Origin: Leucoraja ocellata
Taxonomy: Eukaryota
DNA: 64,000 nt
Reading direction: 5' to 3'
Assembly (NCBI GenBank): GCA_036785375.1
Contig: JAWMAR010000148.1
Location: forward strand, 4,278,001-4,342,000
Below, piece by piece: positions 1 through 12,933 of this stretch. Below the pieces are notes generated by a model. The model worked only from the letters and a program-made list of their open reading frames with translations. It was not told the origin of the DNA and made no database searches. Numbering within the stretch: the stretch's first letter is position 1; each line of letters opens with the position of its first letter. A program made the translations under genes and the position numbers.

Positions 1-289
1 TCTGGTGCACTTCAAAAAAGTTACCCTTCAGCCTCCTACACCTCCCACAAAGAAATGAGTCCAAGCCTCTCCAACCGCTCCCTATAACTCAAGCCTGCAA
101 GCTCAGGTAACATCCTGGTGAATCTCTTCTGCATTGTTGTAGAGAAATGCAGAGTTCATAAATCTTGCATTATAATCCTTCCAATCATTTAATCACTTTG
201 GTTTCTACCTATTTGTTAATTCATCACCCTTTCCTCGTTTTTCAATGTCAGTGCATACTTGAAAGTTATTTCATTACTAACTTTCCTTA

Positions 290-563
290 GTGTAGTGTAG
301 TTTAGAGATACAGCGTGGAAACCGACTCTTCATCCACTGAATCCACCTGATCAACGATCATCCTACACACTAGGGACAACTTACAAAGGTCAATTGAACT
401 ACAAACCGGCACATCTTTGGAATGTGGGAGGGAACTGGAGTACACAGAAAAAACCCATGTGGTCACAGGGAGAACGTGCAAACTCCGAACAAACAGCACC
501 TGTAGTCAGGATCGAACCCGAGTCTCTGACACTGTAAGGCAGTAACTCTACCGCAGCACCACT
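290..563 (-). mobile_element. tRNA-derived V-SINE (HE1-like)
   Basis: Minus strand has an A-box-like GTGGTGCTGCGGTAGAG, a B-box GGTTCGATCC, a V-domain-like TTCCCTCCCACATTCCAAAGA and a CR1-like tail ending in (ACTAA/ACTAC)n. Confidence 0.85.
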
Positions 564-2429
564 GTTACGAAAGGTCACCAATCTAAAATGTTTTTCTCTT
601 CACAGATGATGCTTGATGTGCTGCGTGTTCGCAGCATGTTTGTTCTTCATGAGGTTGTTGATCTCGAGTACTTGGGTTTATGGAGTTGTTAAACTGCTGG
701 CTATTTTCACAAACTCTCACGAAATGGAACGAATGATGCAATGTATATTTGTTTACATTCAATGGTTTGACTCACCTTTAGGTCAAAACCCCCAACTGGT
801 GTTGTTTGTAATTCTAGAACTAACATTCTGTGTCTCAGCTAATAAAGTAAAGCACATTATGACCTTAAAACCAGGTCATACAGTGTCCTGCCACTGATAT
901 GGATCTGTGGACACACAGACCAATGTCCCCCTGTTCCTTCAGTCTATTCAATATTATTGTATTTAATATATATTTAGATATGCTGGACCAGTCCAAAAAC
1001 ATTATCTTATTCTTGAGCAAAGCACAAAATGCTAGATTAACTCAGAAGCTCAGGCAGCATTTGGTGAGGGTAAGGGCAGACGACATTTCGATCTGACAGC
1101 TCCTGATCCAAAACGTTGCCTGTTCACTTTGCTAAAGATTCGAGCATCTGCAGTTCCTTGTACCTCCATTGCCTTATTCTTCTCTGACTAAATAATACCA
1201 TCTCCCATTTTTCTACCCAACTGATACAACCATCTAATCTTGCCTACTCTCAAAAGATTTATTCTATCACATTGAAACTTTTTGTATCAACTACAAACTT
1301 CTATTATATGCCCCCAACATTTAATATGCACATTACAAAATGCAAGGGAATGAGAATTGAAACCTACGGGATGGAAAAATTAAATATTAAAGAGCATAGC
1401 TTTAAAGTACCGGGCAAAGTATAAAGGAGATGTGTGGGGCGGGTTTTTTTATATCAAGGGTGGTGAATGCCTGAAACATGCTGCCAGGGATGGTTGAAAC
1501 AGATAGGTTAGCTCCTCTCAGGGTCCAGACCTGAAACGCCACCCATCCATGTCCTCCAGAGATGTTGCCTGACCCTCTGAGTTACACCGACACTTTGTGT
1601 TTATACTCAAGAATCCACACATGCAGTTCCTTGTGTCCCCAGATCCTCTCGCCAGTACACACCAAACAGTACAGTACAGTAACAGGCCCTTCAGCCCACA
1701 ATGTCCATGCTGAACATGATGCCAAGTTAAACTGATCTCCTCTACCTGCACGTGATCCATATTCCACCATTGCCATGTGCCTATCCTAAAGAAAAGATTG
1801 AACAACTGTGGCCAGTGCTCCTGTAATTTATTTTTGTTTTTTTGTTTTTAAAAGATTTGAGGGTATATTTCATCTCCTAGTGACATTAACACAGAATGGT
1901 TTATTACACAACACTAACCTATTTGGGAGCTCTTAGAGAATCATACAGAGGAGTTAGAACATGGAAGGAGACCATTAAATTGTATTTACACAAAGGCTGG
2001 TGGGTACATGGAAGGAGCTGCCAGAGGAGATAGGCGAGGCAGGTATCAACATAACATTTAAAGAGACATTTGGACAAGTACATGGATAGGATAGGTTTGG
2101 AGGGTTATGGGCCAAGCACAGCCAGATGGGACTGGTGTAGATGGGGCATGTTGGTCAGCGTGGGCCGATTGGGTCAAAGGGCCTGTTTCCACACTGTATA
2201 ATCGATGTGGTTTTAGTTTGTGCTGATTTTAAGCAGGAACAATCTCTGGTCCTAGTTCCCAGAGCCCTGTAAATGTTTATTACTCATCCAGCTTCCTTCA
2301 CAACACCACAATTAAATCAGATTTTCCTGGCAGTTCATTAAAAATAATGTAACATCATTTTCGCTATTCACCCAAACGTCATTGTGATATTTGGCTCGAC
2401 TCTTTTGTCCATGAGTAAGTGTCTCATGA

Positions 2430-3080
2430 TCTCAAACATCTCTATATTATCACACCTTATACTCCTGCACTCCAAAGAATCAAATCCTTGCTTACCCAAC
2501 CACTCCCTACAGCTCAGGCCCTCATTTCCTGGTAACATCCTCATAAATCTTCTCTGAACTCTATCCAGCTTAACATCATCCTTCCAATAACAGGGTGACC
2601 AAAACTGAACACAATACTCCAAATGTGGCCTCACCAATGTCTTGTACAAATGTAACTTACAAACCCAACTCAATACCCCGACTCGTGAAGGCCAATGTGC
2701 CGAAATCCCAGGTTACACAAAAAAGCTGGAGAAACTCAGCGGGTGCAGCAGCATCTATGGAGCGAAGGAAATAGGCAACGTTTCGGGCCGAAACCCTTCT
2801 TCAGACTGATCGGGGGCGGGGGTGGGTGGGGACAAGAAAGGGAAAAGGAGGAGTAGCCAGAAGGCTGGGGGATGGGAGGAGACAGCAGGGGGGCTGAGGA
2901 AGGGGAGGAGACAGCAAGGACTAACAAAATTGGGAGAATTCGATGTTCAAATTCGATGCCGAAATCCCATCTCCTTGAACACCCCTTTCAAAGAACCATG
3001 TACCTGCATTCCTAGATTTATCTGCTCAACACTCCCCAGAGCCCTGCCATTTACTGTGAAGGTCATGTCCTGGTTTAGTT
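2430..3080 (-). mobile_element. CR1 LINE ORF2 fragment, interrupted by the 2711-2956 insertion
   Basis: ORF 2368..2673 reads LYKTLVRPHLEYCVQFWSP...LDRVQRRFMRMLPG, a classic CR1 ORF2 motif. Confidence 0.9.
2711..2956 (-). mobile_element. Penelope-derived 3' fragment with hammerhead-like core, inserted in a CR1 fragment
   Basis: 13-bp direct repeat TGCCGAAATCCCA at 2698-2710 and 2957-2969. Its right end resembles 47858-47907 (end of the GIY-YIG frame). Confidence 0.85.
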
Positions 3081-3430
3081 AGGATTTTAAAAAATAAAAG
3101 TTTAGAGGTTAGCAAAATTATAGTGGACATTTAAAATTTCTCCAGCTTCCACGTTTGTGTGTTGGATCATTTTTACAGTAAAATGGTTGGGGGAAGTACA
3201 TCCATAAAGGTGGTCAAGGCTAGACGCTGGAGTTCTCACCCCCTACCCACTCCACCGGCCAACACTTCATACTATTTCAAAGTGTGAGGGTGTTATTGCT
3301 GATTCCACAATCAAACCTTTGACTAGATGTAGGGATACCGGCCAACCGCAGGCAAATGGGACAACTTGGTCAGCATGTACGAGTTGGTCTGAAGGGCCTC
3401 TTTCTGTGCGGTATGAATCTATGACTATGA

Positions 3431-4095
3431 TTTATTAATGAAAATACAATGAGGCAGATATCTATAAGTGAAATTTTGGAAGCGACGATAAAACATGCTG
3501 CTGTGAACTACATTCGCACCAAACAGAAGTGACTGAGGACATTTTTGCTTCAATGTTTCTATGAACACACACTCATGGACAGACAGACACAGATTTACAT
3601 ATATTTTGTATATTTGAGTATTAACCATGTCAAAAAAATACAGAGTATGATTTTACATAGAGAACTTTAGGCTATATAATAACACTAAACAGGACAAAAA
3701 AAAATCATCTGTCCAATAAGTGAAACATTAATTTAAATATTAAATAAAAGACAAATAAAATAGAATGTTTCAACACTAAACTACTTCTTGTTTTTACTAT
3801 TGCAACACATCCAATAAAGTGGTTTGTGACTTCCATTGTAACAGTACAGATAATATCAGGACAACATGGTTTTCATTCCAGTCTTCTGCTTGCTTGAAGT
3901 ACAAGGGATTTTATTTAAAACACTTACACAAGACTGGCCCACTGTCTAATAGGTGCTGGGGTTCTAAATGACTAGTACCAATAATTTATCACAATTACGT
4001 ATTGTGCATTATTTTATTTCCATTAATTAGCTGAACATGTACCATTCGCCAGAAAAAAAACCCCAGAAAATATGTCCTAAGGAATACAAAGGTTG
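3431..4095 (-). other. ATOSA: ATOSA 3' UTR with putative polyadenylation signal AATAAA at 3431-3436
   Basis: Repeat-free AT-rich stretch after the stop codon. Plus-strand tttatt at 3431-3436. Other AATAAA hexamers near 3910 and 4013 could be proximal sites. Confidence 0.6.
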
Positions 4096-4249
4096 CTAAC
4101 AGCGCGCTGAGAAATGAGGGTTTGTTGGAAACTCTGTATAAGATTTTAATTCATACGCAGCACCACTGTCCACTTCCATCGACTTCCGAGAAAAAAGGAG
4201 CCGGACATCTCTGTGGAGGTAGATCTTCCCAGATTTTGAACTCTGGAAC
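4096..4249 (-). CDS. ATOSA: ATOSA last coding exon: FQSSKSGKIYLHRDVRLLFSRKSMEVDSGAAYELKSYTEFPTNPHFSARC*
   Basis: Acceptor tttatctag, TAG stop at 4096-4098, phase 2 in. Near-identical to the recalled FAM214A C-terminus (Chromosome_seg-type domain). Confidence 0.97.
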
Positions 4250-4669
4250 CTAGATAAAGTGCAAAACAAGCCGATTAAACATCCAGCAGATCTCAAGCTA
4301 TTAGAAACAAAGTTAGCATCAGATTTGTCTACACACCTTTCGCACAAAGGGTGTATGGACCAAGCTTTCAGAGGAGGTAGTTGTGGCAGAGACTATTGCA
4401 ATGTTTAAGAAACATTTAGACAGGTACATGGATATGACAGGTTGAGAGGGATATGGGCCAAACGCAGGCAGGTGGGACTAGTGTAGATGGGACAAGTTGG
4501 GCCGAAGGGCCTGGTTCCACTCAATATGACTCTACAACCTACTTGGAAACATAGATATTAATGATCTTGATATCTTTTGGTATGCTTCCCAAAAGAGTAG
4601 TTATGACCCATTATTCAAAAGAATGTAGTATTACACAGGTGCCTTTACTGAAGAATACATTTGAATGTT

Positions 4670-5195
4670 GAAGTCACCATTACACGCGGATGAATTCGGG
4701 ATGCATCACAGCATGGTTTGGGAACAGCTCCATCCAAGACTGCAAGAAATTGCAGTCATGGACGCACCCAGACCATCATACACACCAAGCTCCCTTCCAT
4801 TGACTCTTTTTACACTTCAGTGCCTTGGCAGGGCCACCACCATAATCAAGGATGTCTCACCCCAGTCACTCCCTCTTCTCCCTTCTCCCATCATCCAATA
4901 GGGACAGAAGTGTGAAAACACCTACATCCAGAATCGGGGACAGTTTCTTCCCAGCTGTATCAGGCAACTGAACCATCCTATCAACGACTAGAGAGTGGTC
5001 CTGAACTATTATCTACCTCATTGGAGACTATCTTTAATCTGAATTAATCTTGCAGTAAACATTATTCCCTTCATCATGCATCTGTACACTGTGGATGGCA
5101 TGATTGTAAACATGTATAGTCTTTTCACTGACTGGTTAGCATGAACATAAGCTTTTCTCTCTCCTTCAGCACATGTGACAATAAACTAAACTAAA
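4670..5195 (+). mobile_element. Rex1/Babar-like LINE 3' end. Related fragments at about 14430-14830 and 27715-27992
   Basis: GCITAWFGNSSIQDCKKLQ and ...DSFFPA. The 14375 ORF ends RFKNSFFPATIRLLN. Tail ACAATAAACTAAACTAAAC. Confidence 0.75.
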
Positions 5196-6054
5196 CAAAT
5201 TTGGCTGAGGCAAGTCTTTAGTTTAACACATGTTCCGGAAGACCATACAATTCATTGGGCACTGAATTAATGTTGGATTTATCCCAAAATACCAAATTTA
5301 TGTCAATCTGGCATCATGGATATTGTGGGCCTACAGTTTTTCAGACCTTGGACTGCAATAGCATTTTTCTGCCTTTATCAACAAGACCACTCCAAAAAGC
5401 TGCATCACCTCATACTTTTTAAACAACTTTCAACTAATGTTTCCATTTATTCTCCTTTATCCTTTAATTATCCAGTGTGGAACTTGAAAATGGCCAAAAT
5501 CCATGTTTCGACTACATCCAATATATTCCCCTTATTAATTAAGTCTACAAAGATAGCCCGACATAACCATTCATTTTTTGGCAATCCATGTTACTCCTGG
5601 CTACTGCCATTGACTGGTCCTTAAAATGTTCCCACAAATGACATGAATACCTGCAATTACCCAGACCAAAATAAAGTAACATCCGAGCGACACTCGGTTT
5701 TTGGCTCGCATAAACACTAGGTGGAATTTTAATCATTCCAAGCACATGGTATAGTTTATTTCTCATTTCCCTTTAAATCCTAACATACATCCAGGGTTCA
5801 ACCGGAAACAAATCATCCCCTTGCCAAATGTATCTTTCTAAAAATATCATAATATCATTCAACTTGCTATCACCCAAGTCAGCATTCATCATCTCTTAGA
5901 TATCCCTTTCTTCTCTAAAACACCAAACATCAAATTTCATGCTACTTTCTTTGAGCATTATCTGCTAATTAACAACGTGGAATTTTGCAATGTTCTGGCC
6001 TATATTAAGATGTCAATGAACATCACTCGTACAGACCAAATGTCTTAATGTTAA

Positions 6055-6320
6055 TGAAGCACGAGGAATTACAGCTGCTGGAATCTCGAGCAAAGAAAAC
6101 AAACTGCTGGAGGAACTCAGCGGGTCAGGCAGCATCTGTGAAGGGAACTAACTGACAGGCGACGTTTCAGGTGGAGACCATTTAGACTGAGATGCGCTGT
6201 TTCGGGTCAGGATCCATTTTAGGACTCTAAAGAAGCGTGCTGACCCCTAAATGTCATCTGCCCATTCCCTCCATGAATGTTGCCTGACTCAATTATTCCT
6301 CCAGCACTTTTTTATTTTGG
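6055..6320. mobile_element. Older palindromic Penelope-derived copy. Further copies near 1020, 1515, 6920, 7705, 8070, 8230, 8480, 9240, 12530, 15930, 19430, 20280, 35070, 37220, 40940, 42545, 45850, 50065, 52730 and 63800
   Basis: Shared consensus TGCTGGAGTAACTCAGCGGGTCAGGCAGCATCT...GACGTTTCGGGTCGAGACCCTTCTTCAGACT or its reverse complement. Confidence 0.8.
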
Positions 6321-8723
6321 TCTTAATATGTCATTGGAGTCTTGGGACCTTTCTATATATAAATTTCATCAGTAATATGAAAATGACAATTGGCAGAAAG
6401 TACTTTGGGATCTGTTGAGATTTTATAAGGTGCTCCAAAAGTGCACGATTTTTAATATATTGAGAAACCATCGTAAATCCACACAGTGCTGTGAATTTCT
6501 TCTTCTGTCTCGGCAGTTTTCTGCTGTTCTTGTCCACGCGAGTAAGTTGTCACGTTTAATTAATGTGGACCTGGACCAGTGAAACCATTACCAGCAGTTT
6601 GATTGAAAATGCTGGATCTAAACTCAGTGTTGTAAAGTTGTACTTTTAGCAATTGCAGAAAATTGTTTCCCTTGAGGCTCGTGTGAAGTCTTGAGAATTA
6701 CATAAATCTCTTTTTATTTGAAGTCAAAATCTCAGATAGCTTCCAAAACGGATCTGACAGAAGAGCTGCATCAAACTTAAATATATGAAATAAAAGGCAC
6801 ATCCACAAAGTACTGCAGGGACTTTGCCTACTTTCTACCTTATATTTGAGGTGTATTTTAACAAACCTTAAAATTTAAGGCTAAGGCATTTAACCTCGAG
6901 TCCAACTGCATATGTAGTTGTAGGAAGGAATGTAGGAAGGAACTGCTGGTTTACACCGAAGATAGAAGCAAAATGCTGGATTAACTCAGCGGGATGGGAA
7001 GCATCTCTGGAGAGCAGGGATGGGTGGTGTTTTGGGTTGAGACCCTTCTTCAGACTTCTGAAGAATGCAGAATTCTCCATCATTGTGTCTACCTATATGT
7101 GATCTAATTATGTATAAAATCAGCATTTGTTACACATTCCGTAATATCTCTAAGTAACAGAAATAGACAATAGGTGCAGGAGTTGGCCATTCGGCCCTCC
7201 GAGCCAGCACCGCCATTCATTGTGATCATGGCTGATCATCCACAATCAGTACCCCATTCCTACCTTCTCCCCATATCCCTTGACTCCGCTATCTTGTATT
7301 GAGGTTAACAAATATTTTATCTTTATATACTCGATTATGGTACATGTTATCTTGCAAGCATTAATCAAATCACCCATTAACTTTCTAAGTTCCAAGGAAG
7401 CCTTCATGATTTAATCCTTTTAATCCAGGTAAGAAATCCCGCTGCATTCCAAAAAGTCGGGTATTCCAAACTATTTGCAGTACTTTAAGGATTTAGACCA
7501 TGACAAATACTCCTTGTATTTCATTCACTAAATATTAAATATATTTATTAATATTTTTGATAATTTTCTCCACCCATCCACAGAGTTTAAGTAAGGTCTG
7601 TAACCACTCTCCCTCCCCAATGTCTCTTTATATATCCACTAATTTTAGCTTTTTTTACTATTTAGAAAATATTTGTTGTCTTTTCAGCTCAAATTAAATG
7701 GGCACACACAAGTGCGAAACACAAAGCGCTGGAGGAACTCATTGGATCAAGCAACGTCTGTGGAGGAATGGACAGGCGATATTTCAGATCAAGAGAGACC
7801 CTTCTTCACACTGATGCACGTACAAATATCCAGTTACCACAGTTTTATCCATTTGGTTAATTTATTTACATTTCAGTGCTTCTACCTACATTGATTACAC
7901 CATTACCTAACTTTCTGTCAGCAGCAAAGCTATACATGGCTTTTCATTTCAAAATTGAAGTGATTTAAAAAAAAATATATTGTGAAGAGTCGTGCACCCA
8001 AGCCAGATCTTCATGGCAAAGAGTAACATCCAGTCAACTACCAGTGGCAAAATCGATGAGGTTTCGAAGTGCTGGAGGAACTCAGCGTGTCAGGCAGCAT
8101 CTGTGGAGGTAATGAGCAAACTAATGTTCAGATCGGGGACCTTTTTCAGACTTTCCAGGACAGTCTGAAGAAAGATCCCAACCAAAATGTCGTCTGTCCA
8201 TTCCCTGGTCAAAAAGTAAAATAATTTTACTATGTATAGGAAGGAACTGTAGATGCAGGTTTAAACAGAACATAGACACAAAAAGCTGGAGAAATGGAAT
8301 AGGTTTCAGTCGAGACTCTTCTTCAGACTTATCGCATTTTAAGCAGATTCCAAGCTAATGTAAAAAATTGCAGACATTTTTTTCCAGTGATCAATGCGAT
8401 AAACTAATTAAAATATTTTGGCATGGAAGTTGCCCGTTTTAGATTCAGAACATTTGAATGCTTTGGCCACTGGCATTCTGACGAAGGGTCCCGACCCAAA
8501 ATATCGACTGTCTATTCCATCCACAGATGCTGCCAGACCTGCTGAGTTCCTCCAGCACTTTGTGTTTTGATCAAGATTCCAACATCTGCAGCTTCTTATG
8601 CCAATATTCTAAACCACATTGTTTTGTGTGGAAATCAAAAATAAGTCAACAGCTATAATTAGCAACTTATTCTACCGCTGTTAATGGCAGCCTACTGTAA
8701 CACGATTCTATTTCTTGCGTTAC

Positions 8724-8923
8724 CTCAAGTGTACGAGGTAGCGAAGTATCCTTTCTTCAGTCTGTATTACGTTTTCTTTATTGGCATGTCCAACAGCTTC
8801 ACGTTTCACAGGAACGGAGAACGTCCTCTGTCGTAGGAATGTCTGGTGATTGGCTGGCATCTCTCTCAAGTCATAAATCACGACAAACATCTTCACCACT
8901 GTCTTGTTAGGATTGAATAAGGT
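8724..8923 (-). CDS. ATOSA: ATOSA coding exon: TLFNPNKTVVKMFVVIYDLREMPANHQTFLRQRTFSVPVKREAVGHANKENVIQTEERILRYLVHL(R)
   Basis: 200 nt, acceptor ctgtttcag, donor GTAACG, phase 0 in and 2 out. Confidence 0.97.
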
Positions 8924-9639
8924 CTGAAACAGAATTTACATTTGAAACATAAACATTGTCGTAGAGGTAAAAGCGCAGCATAAAATGTCTTTGCAGGTCC
9001 TGAGCGAATGAGATGAGTGGCAGAATCAATGTGCACAAAATGGAACTCTTTTAAAAATCGTGATATAATACCTGCCTACATGGCAAACAAAAAAAATCTA
9101 CTTCTAATAATGCTAATTATTAATGACAGCATGATATTGTAACGTTTCCAAATTCCAGAAACAGATATGATATCTGTTGACGGGGTTGAGGAAGCGGCAG
9201 GGAGAGGGGGGTGGATCGAAAGTGGGAGAAATAGATGCCTACTGTGTTGGGGGGGGGGGGGGGGGGGGGAGGGGGGCACAGGAAAGAGAGAGGAGGGGAA
9301 GGGGGTTGGTGGGGCATAACTTAAAATTGAACAATTCGATGTTCATTTAACTGCAATAGATCTGAAGGGGAGGGGGGACTCCCGACCAAAATCATCGCCT
9401 GTCCATTCCCTCCACTGCCATATGGCCCGCTGAATTTATCCAGCAGTTTGTGTTTTGTTCAAGATGCCAACATCTCCAATTCCTCGTGTCTGTGATTTTA
9501 GTTTTCTCCCAGTCTTCCATGGTCACCAACTATGGCTGGGCATGAGAAAGCTCTGCTGCTTTGCCAATGCTTCTTAAAGCCAGAAAACACACAGATATTG
9601 TTCAGCACTCCGAGAGTTGTGCTGGAGAGAGTTCCTGCA

Positions 9640-9947
9640 TTTGCTCCATACATTAATGTGTGTGATAATCTGTGAGGGAAGTCGCAGAGGAGGAGGAACC
9701 GCAGAGCCCCTGGCCCCGTGTGCGGTGCGAGTTGTGGAACTCATGCTGCCTTCATGCTGCTCGTTTTCTCTGTTCCCACAACCAGATGCATGCCGCACGG
9801 CGCATTGATTAACCCTAGTTCTCTCCCCGCTGCCGCCACCTAATGTAGTGTTGCACGCTGCCTGTCAACCCCTACCACGAACGGACGTCTCAGTCTGCTA
9901 TAACCAAAATCCGTTATAACGAGGTCCATAATAACGAGGGTAGACTG
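9640..9947. mobile_element. One end of a pogo/Tigger-like Tc1/mariner element
   Basis: Ends ...CGTTATAACGAGGTCCATAATAACGAGGGTAGACTG|TA with repeated TATAAC motifs. CpG-rich interior. No partner TIR found. Confidence 0.55.
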
Positions 9948-10032
9948 TATTCTTAAAACCAGTATCGATGATACAGACTACAATGACACATGAACGCTGT
10001 GACTAAATCCTAGTCTTATTTTCATTCTCAAA

Positions 10033-10128
10033 TCTTAACATGGACAATAGCACTATGGAACCATTGCATTTAACATGGCCAATAGCACATTGCATCTTAA
10101 CATGGACAATAGCACTATGGAACCATTG
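10033..10128. repeat. Short tandem repeat, 3 units (36/26/35 bp)
   Basis: TTAACATGG(A/C)CAATAGCAC[TATGGAACC]ATTG repeated. Confidence 0.85.
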
Positions 10129-11034
10129 ATTTAAACCAAACGTACACATAGTTTTTTTCTTTCAAGTAATTCTCAATTTTAAGTTCTTGAGCCAATTTAT
10201 TCATCATTAATACTAATCTTTCTCGGGACCATTGATACAGACTATCCATGGGTGCCTGTGATTTGAGCCTGCTTTAAGTGGAGTGCTGATTTTCTGTTCC
10301 TGTTCTGTCCCTGATATGGACCGGGTTGGCCTTCCCAGCAGTTCCGTTTCACAACTACAGTAACTGCTGAAAACAATTAACTGTAACAAATGAAATGATT
10401 TACTGGAATACGGCTCTCGGAGTGATCTAATTTAATAAAGACTCAGGAGAAATTTCTTCTCTCCTGGGACTGAGTGTGTGGAATCTTTACTCCAGGGAGT
10501 TGCGGATGTCAAGTTATTAAGTAAACTCAAAGCGGAGATGGATAAATTTTTGGACCATAGGGGAATTAAGGGTTATGGGGATCACGCAAAGAAGTGGAGT
10601 TGTAACCAATGATCAGATCAGCAACGATCTACTGAATGATGAAGCAGACTCTAGAGGCCATAGGGGCCTCATGCTCCTATTTCTTATGTTCTTATAACTT
10701 GGCTTGGTTGACAGGACCAAGCCAGACAGTTGTCATATTCAAGCCTAGTACTGAAGAAATGTTGTATTGTAACAGGATGATGCTTCAACCCGAGCCCCTG
10801 ACAGCCTTCAGGTGGATGTGGAGAAATTTTATACGGAGGGTGGCTTGGTATATGGAACGAGCTGCTAGAAGAGGTAGATGAGGCCAACAATTAAAAGACA
10901 TTTGGACGGGTGCATGGACTGGAAAGGTTTAGAGGGATAGCGGCCCAATGCGGGCACATGGGACTAGCTTGGATAGAGCATCATGGTTGGCATGGATATG
11001 TTGGGCCTAAGGACCTGTTACTGTGCTGTTATAA

Positions 11035-11963
11035 CCAAAGATCTTAGAGCGGAGCAAGATGGGTTACTCTCACGCAAACGTGTAGTACGGTCATGGGCAG
11101 ATTCATGGGTGATTATAGGACCCATTTTAGCAACCAGCCTCCGCCATCTTGTTCCGCCATCTTGCTTCCGGCCAAAGATCGGATCTTTGTTTCCGCTTCC
11201 GCTCCCGTATCTTCACTTTGGTCTTTGACTTGGGCGGGGAGAAGGAGTGCGCGGCCCGGGGAGAAGGAGTGTGCGGCCCGGGGCAGCGGGGAGAGGGGCA
11301 TAGGAGGGGGGGGGGGGGGAAGACATTGTAGTGTGGGGGGAGGCGAGGGAGTGCCGGGGGGGAGGTTTACAATGTTTCTTATTTAATGTCCCTTGTCTAG
11401 TCTGAAATAAAGTTCATCATTGGATATAAAAATCAGAAGAAATATAATTGTGTGTGTTATATGATTCTATACATTTACATCGCATTCATGTATGCGTGTT
11501 TATTAACATTTTATTCTTTAACAAGAATTAACAGAAGTATGAACTAACAGAATTATGAATCTAACCCTATATCACACACAAAAACTTCCCCCGCAACGTC
11601 AATTACCCTGCGAGTCGGGTAGGTTCCGGTTACTACAAAATCAACTCAAACACTGCTTATGAGCCATTTAAAAATAAATGATTTCAAAAACATTAAAAAA
11701 AGACAATTACCAGAGTCAAATTTTATTCTTGACGAGAAGTATGAACTGAGAGAATTATGAATCTAACCCTATATCACACACACACACAAACTGTTGCCCC
11801 GCAACATTGATTACACCTCGAGTCGGGTCGGGTCAGGTCAGGTAGGCTCCGGTTACTAAAATGGTCGGGGAAAAATGCCCAGGATCCCTGCCGTAGCGTA
11901 GTACACGTCAGCCCATTGTATTTCGCAGGAGTGACCTATCTTGCTCCGCTCTAAGATCTTTGG
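11035..11963. mobile_element. Non-autonomous DNA transposon (MITE-like, unclassified), about 35-bp TIRs, flanked by TTATAA on both sides
   Basis: Left CCAAAGATCTTAGAGCGGAGCAAGATGGGTTACTC, right GAGTGACCTATCTTGCTCCGCTCTAAGATCTTTGG. TTATAA at 11029-11034 and 11964-11969. It interrupts a CR1/HER1 tail. Confidence 0.9.
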
Positions 11964-12864
11964 TTATAACCCTATTTGCAGAGGAGCGTGGAATTTTCTG
12001 AACACCATCATCAACATAGTTCACTCAAGGGAACACAATTAAAATAGATTGTTCTTATTTCTGAAAACAAATTTCCATGCCATCCTCTGAATTAATCATT
12101 CCTGTGCTTCAAAGATAGTCATTTGCACTTGGATATTCTTCAAGATCATAATCTGTTACTAATTAACATGGTCTTTGCTTAACAAAGTGGCAAAACTATT
12201 TTATGAGGCAATGTAGCTGAGATAATGAATCACTGCCTTTCAACACCTGTATCCCGATTAATGCAGAAGATGTTACTAATCTATTGTTTTTTAGCAATAC
12301 CCTGTTGCAACATGTGGAGAAAACACATGAGTATCTGAAATAAATTGTACTTCACTGACTAATTTCTAGCCAAAATTACAGTACATTTTGCTTTGAGTAA
12401 TTAAACAGGGAAACAGGCCCTTTGGGCCAACTCGTCCATGCTGACGGAGATGCCCCATCTAAACTAGTCACATTTGCCCATGTTTGGCCCATTTCTCTCC
12501 ATATTTTCCTATCATGTACCTAACCAAATGGGAAAGAACTGCAGATGCTGATTCACACCAAAGATAGACGCAAAAAGCTGGAGTAACTGAGTGGGTCAGG
12601 CAGCATCTCTGGAGAAAAGGAATAGGTGACGTTTCAGGCCAAAACACTTCTTCAGACTGAGAGTCAGGGAAGAGGGGAAACTAGAGGTATGAAAAGGTTC
12701 AGAACAAATCAGAGCCGGCACTGAGGAAAGGTGGAGCCCACAATGGTCATCAACAATGTAGTCATCAATACCTGGTGGTGTCTCTTCACTATATCACACT
12801 GTCAAAAGCTCTGTCGGCATAAAGAGTCATCAATAAATCAGATAACAATTCTAGCCTGACTTAC

Positions 12865-12933
12865 CACTTGTATGGTTCCTGATGGAGGCACTCGATAGCC
12901 TCGTTTTCCCAAGGATTCCAAATTAATCACACC
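12865..12933 (-). CDS. ATOSA: ATOSA coding exon: GVINLESLGKRGYRVPPSGTIQV
   Basis: 69 nt, acceptor gtttatag, donor GTAAGT, phase 0/0. Confidence 0.96.

Noticed and set aside
500-563. tRNA-like A/B boxes (also at about 16795-16860, 28655-28720 and 57880-57940)
   Set aside because: They are SINE heads continuous with V-domain and LINE-tail sequence, and no full cloverleaf is evident.
4250-4347. N-terminal part of ORF 4096..4347
   Set aside because: Intronic read-through upstream of the acceptor at 4249.
9249-9277. Poly-G/C runs (also 35024-35039, 48864-48883 and about 63594-63608) as functional G-quadruplexes
   Set aside because: Simple homopolymers, some inside repeat remnants. Their length may be sequencing-dependent and nothing supports a function.
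10033-10128. 36-bp repeats separated by 26 bp, superficially CRISPR-like
   Set aside because: The 'spacer' is a deleted copy of the repeat itself, the context is a eukaryotic intron, and there are no cas genes.
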